Part shown: positions 16,517 through 18,717 of the stretch, piece after piece
How the letters are laid out: every line of letters starts with the position of its first letter
How positions within the stretch are numbered: the stretch's first letter is position 1
Assembly (NCBI GenBank): GCA_038257035.1
Contig: JBBSJT010000040.1
Coordinates: forward strand, 1 to 18,717
Length of the DNA: 18,717 nt
From: Chlamydiia bacterium
GTDB taxonomy: Bacteria; Chlamydiota; Chlamydiia; Chlamydiales; Parachlamydiaceae
Direction of reading: 5' to 3'
The notes under the pieces: model-generated
Databases searched by the model: none
What the model saw: the letters and a program-made list of their open reading frames with translations, nothing else
Told to the model about the DNA's origin: nothing
Position numbers and translations under genes: made by a program

Positions 16517-17334
16517 GCACTGTAGGCAGAGCTGCCATAAAATTAATTGAACCGAACAGCGGTAAGGTGGAGTTTTTAGGTAAAAATTTGAGAAATTTAA
16601 AGGGATCGGAATTAGAGTCTTTTAGACAACAAGCCCAAATGGTTTTTCAAGACCCATTTTCTTCATTAAATCCAAGAAAAAGCATTCTTGATGCAGTAGG
16701 GGAGTCTCTTCTTTACCATGGACTCGTTAAAACCGTTGATGAGCAAAAAACCTTAGTTGCTGAAATTTTAACAAAAGTCGGCCTATCTTCCGATATCATG
16801 AACCGCTACCCACATCAATTTTCAGGAGGGCAACAGCAGCGGATTTGCATTGGTCGTGCTTTGGCTTTAAATCCGAAATTAATCGTTTGCGATGAGGTCG
16901 TTTCAGCCTTAGATGTCTCTGTTCAGGCGCAAATTCTCAATTTACTCCACGACCTAAGAGAAACTTTTCAATTAAGTTATCTCTTTATTTCACACGATCT
17001 TTCCATTGTTAGGTTTTTATCGGATAGGGTAGTTGTGCTTTATCTTGGGAAGGTGATGGAAACGGCAACAACCAAAGAATTATTTGAAAACCCAAAACAT
17101 CCCTATACAAGAGCCCTTCTTGCCGCTACACCTAAAAATCATCCCACTGAAATTAAAGAGCGCATCTCTTTACATGGGCAAATTCCCTCACCAATCGATC
17201 CACCATCGGGCTGCCCCTTTAGAACAAGATGCCCTTTTGTTCAACCCATTTGTGCAGAGCCGCCACCAATAAAGAGGGTAAAGAATGCAATTACCGGAAA
17301 AGAGGATCACACTTATGCATGTATATTGGATTAA
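16351..17334 (+). CDS. oppF: oligopeptide/dipeptide ABC transporter ATP-binding subunit (OppF/DppF-like)
   Basis: GESGCGKS, QMVFQDPFSSLNPR, YPHQFSGGQQQR, VCDEVVSALDV, PKHPYT and PPSGCPFRTRCP. ATGA overlap with the oppD stop. Confidence 0.92.
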   Translation: MSRVLLNIENLHVNFPIYDGILRREVASVKAIRGVDLVLNEGEILSIVGESGCGKSTVGRAAIKLIEPNSGKVEFLGKNLRNLKGSELESFRQQAQMVFQDPFSSLNPRKSILDAVGESLLYHGLVKTVDEQKTLVAEILTKVGLSSDIMNRYPHQFSGGQQQRICIGRALALNPKLIVCDEVVSALDVSVQAQILNLLHDLRETFQLSYLFISHDLSIVRFLSDRVVVLYLGKVMETATTKELFENPKHPYTRALLAATPKNHPTEIKERISLHGQIPSPIDPPSGCPFRTRCPFVQPICAEPPPIKRVKNAITGKEDHTYACILD

Positions 17335-17369
17335 ATGATTGTTTTATGATATGATAAATTTTATTATTT

Positions 17370-18638
17370 ATGTTGAGTGGAATGGAAAATAATCAATATC
17401 AAAACCATACATTAACCAAAACAAAAAGTGCATTTATATGGACGCGTCTATTAAATACGCCTTTTTGGGCATTATTCATGATGCTCAAGTTTATATTATG
17501 CAAAGATTTACACGCCACTGAATTGCAAGTCACTGTTTTTATTGCACTTGCGCCACTTGTTTCCATTTTGTCGGTCTACTGGAGCAGTGCCATTAATCAG
17601 AGGCGAGATCGCTTATTGTCCAATCTTATATTAGCAAATATTTTAAAATATATTCCCTTTCTTTTTTTTCCTTTTATAGATAACCCCTGGTTTTTTGTCT
17701 TTGCTGCTGCTTTTTTTACGATGTTCCATCGAAGTGGAAATCCCGCTTGGATTGAAATTTTAAAAATAAATTTACCAAAACAAGTAAGAGAGCAAATCTT
17801 TGCACATGGAACAACCATTTCTTTTTTAGGCGATGGCCTTTTTTGCTTTCTTTTGGGTTTCTTACTCGATAGGTATGATGAGTCATGGAGATGGATTTTC
17901 CCAATTACGGCTCTGATTTCATCGATTTCCACCTATTTTCAAATGCGCATTCCCATTCAGGCAGATTCAAAAGAGCTTACTCATGAAAAAATTTCATTAA
18001 AAAATCAAGTGCTGGCCCCTTGGAAAAATGCGTGGGATATTGTTCGTTTAAGGCGCGATTTTGTAAATTTTCAAATAGGGTTCATGGTTCTTGGAGGCGG
18101 AGGTTTGATGATCATGCAACCTGCTCTTCCTACCTTTTTTATGGGCACTTTAAATTTATCTTATAAGGAACTGGCAATTGCCTTAACGTTTTGTAAGGGA
18201 ATCGGTTGTGCCCTTACCTCATCTTCGTGGGCGCGCTGGTTTAATAAAGTGGATATTTACCGCTTTAGTAGTCTTGTGACAATCATTGGTTGCCTTTTTC
18301 CCCTTTGCTTAATCGCAGCACAATTCCAACTTGTCTGGCTTTACCTAGCTTACGGAATTTATGGGGTAATGCAGGCAGGATCAGAGCTTAGCTGGAATAT
18401 GTCTGGTGCCACCTTCTCAAGAGATGAAGAAAGTTCTCTTTATAGTAGCTGTAACGTACTGCTCATCGGTTTAAGAGGGGCAATCTTCCCAATTTTGGGA
18501 GGTTTATTTGTCGTGATGTTTAACCCGGCCACCGTCATTTCTTTTGGGGGTATTTTATGCCTTCTTGCCACCTTTAAACTCCTTTTTGAAAGCCGTAAAT
18601 CTGAAAGTATCGCTACAGGTCCCATCATCACCGATTAA
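17370..18638 (+). CDS. major facilitator superfamily (MFS) transporter
   Basis: About 12 hydrophobic segments in two halves with a central hydrophilic loop, 422 aa. May start at ATG 17382. Confidence 0.85.
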   Translation: MLSGMENNQYQNHTLTKTKSAFIWTRLLNTPFWALFMMLKFILCKDLHATELQVTVFIALAPLVSILSVYWSSAINQRRDRLLSNLILANILKYIPFLFFPFIDNPWFFVFAAAFFTMFHRSGNPAWIEILKINLPKQVREQIFAHGTTISFLGDGLFCFLLGFLLDRYDESWRWIFPITALISSISTYFQMRIPIQADSKELTHEKISLKNQVLAPWKNAWDIVRLRRDFVNFQIGFMVLGGGGLMIMQPALPTFFMGTLNLSYKELAIALTFCKGIGCALTSSSWARWFNKVDIYRFSSLVTIIGCLFPLCLIAAQFQLVWLYLAYGIYGVMQAGSELSWNMSGATFSRDEESSLYSSCNVLLIGLRGAIFPILGGLFVVMFNPATVISFGGILCLLATFKLLFESRKSESIATGPIITD

Positions 18639-18667
18639 CTGTAAACTTTACAATCAATAACTCTTAT

Positions 18668-18717
18668 GATTTTTTTCAGGATATTCAGGATCGCTCCGCT
18701 TCGCTTCGCGGCAGGAT
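18668..18717. repeat. probable left arm of a fourth tandem-repeat palindromic element (D), truncated by the window edge
   Basis: GATTTTTTT followed by CAGGAT at 18677 and 18686 (9-nt period) and again at 18712, with CGCT(C/T) pentamers in between, starting 30 bp after the MFS stop. Confidence 0.55.

Noticed and set aside
596..18631. Short 60-111-aa ORFs in the track (596, 2430, 3284, 4976, 6281, 6651, 7201, 11362, 13438, 17084, 17597, 17716, 18440)
   Set aside because: All lie wholly or mostly within longer, well-supported genes on the opposite strand or in another frame and show no recognisable motifs.

Overview
AT-rich bacterial chromosome segment, most likely from an environmental member of Chlamydiota (Parachlamydiales-like). 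This is inferred from the F-box effector-type gene, Cys-rich outer-membrane proteins and gene content. It is mostly housekeeping: an amino-acid ABC substrate-binding protein, glgP, upp, a ComF-family protein, pgeF, an NDP-sugar epimerase, a HAD-IB hydrolase, a waaF-like heptosyltransferase, an oppD/oppF-like ATPase pair and an MFS transporter. Lineage-specific genes include a 691-aa orphan, an F-box protein, an autotransporter-barrel protein with a 79-aa 13-Cys insertion, and a lipoprotein. The most unusual signal is non-coding. All three convergent intergenic gaps hold a long imperfect palindrome whose arms are built from 8-9-nt tandem repeats, each with a different unit, bounded by an ATTTTT...AAAAAT-like end. 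One appears nested inside another, and a probable fourth starts at the right edge. A 35-bp exact identity between the Walker A regions of oppD and oppF suggests gene conversion. No rRNA, tRNA, CRISPR array, transposase or reverse transcriptase was recognised.
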